DNA of 32,189 nucleotides from a virus (lineage: Duplodnaviria > Caudoviricetes): the IMG/VR virus record IMGVR_UViG_3300033076_000047, positions 1-32,189 of that record, one strand, 5' to 3'. Below, piece after piece: positions 31,684-32,189 of this stretch (its first letter is position 1; every line of letters begins with the position of its first letter). The notes under the pieces are model-generated. The model saw nothing but the letters and a program-made list of their open reading frames with translations. It searched no databases and was not told where the DNA came from. Both the position numbers and the translations under genes were made by a program.

Positions 31684-32189
31684 ATGAAAAACATCGCATC
31701 TGCTTTGGTCAAAGCACAAAAAGCCTTTGGCCCTGCTTTAAAGACCTCTACAAACCCTCATTTTCGTTGTAAGTATGCAGACCTCTCCGCTTGCGTTGAG
31801 GCTGTCATTGACGCTTTAAACAACAATGGCATCTTCTTGCTGCAAAAGAACTACGACTGCGCTGACGGCATCATGTGCGAGACAGTTTTTGTCCATGAGT
31901 CAGGCGAAATGTTGGAGTGTGGAATTGTTCACTTTCCAGCCGTAAAAAAAGACCCTCAAGGCTATGCTTCCGCATTGACCTATGCTCGGCGCTATTCATT
32001 GATGGCTGCTTGCGGTATCGCTCCAGAAGATGACGATGGCAACAAAGCCTCACGCCCTGCGCCTGTTGATTCAAACTTGATGGCTGACCACATCACAGCA
32101 ATTCAAGACGCTACCGATGAGGCAACGCTTAAAGCAGCCTACCAAGCCGCTTACAAAGCCTGTGGCACAGATGCAAACTGGCAAAAGAA
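31684..32189 (+). CDS. erf: ERF-family single-strand annealing protein, truncated at the right edge
   Basis: Own translation MKNIASALVKAQKAFGPALKTSTNPHF..KYADL...HESGE...DPQGYASALTYARRYSL.A..GIAPEDDDGN; missing from the ORF track because there is no stop in the window. Confidence 0.92.
   Translation, partial: MKNIASALVKAQKAFGPALKTSTNPHFRCKYADLSACVEAVIDALNNNGIFLLQKNYDCADGIMCETVFVHESGEMLECGIVHFPAVKKDPQGYASALTYARRYSLMAACGIAPEDDDGNKASRPAPVDSNLMADHITAIQDATDEATLKAAYQAAYKACGTDANWQK

Noticed and set aside
31871-32074. 67-aa minus-strand ORF
   Set aside because: Antisense to the clear ERF reading frame
1-32189. CRISPR array, DGR, intron/intein, integrase, alternative genetic code
   Set aside because: No repeat-spacer array, reverse transcriptase or recombinase seen; core genes are uninterrupted and of normal size under the standard code

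Overview
About 32 kb of a tailed dsDNA phage genome with P22/Sf6-like (podovirus-type) virion genes. By gene style it is probably an aquatic betaproteobacterial phage (inference). Nearly all genes are on the minus strand. Read from right to left: a divergent control region (31.3-31.5 kb) with one Cro-like HTH gene and two 18-bp operator-like repeats; an early/replication block (secreted Cys-rich peptide, MazG-like protein, DUF1376-type initiator, many tiny translationally coupled ORFs, PD-(D/E)XK nuclease, NinB); three HNH-type endonuclease genes; a stand-alone GroES; small Lys-rich proteins; an ADP-ribosyltransferase-like protein; TerS, TerL, portal, scaffold and coat; a glycosyltransferase; fibre genes; gp4- and gp10-like tail proteins with inserted beta-repeat domains; three ejection proteins; and membrane/lysis-type genes. 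An ERF recombinase starts on the + strand at the right edge. The most notable non-coding signal is a structured RNA leader that occurs twice (26.63-26.72 kb and 30.47-30.57 kb). It is a three-way junction with compensatory base changes, and its loop is complementary to two downstream sites, one overlapping the ribosome-binding site. No tRNA, rRNA, CRISPR array, integrase or CI repressor was seen. Product names come from motif recognition and synteny, not database searches.
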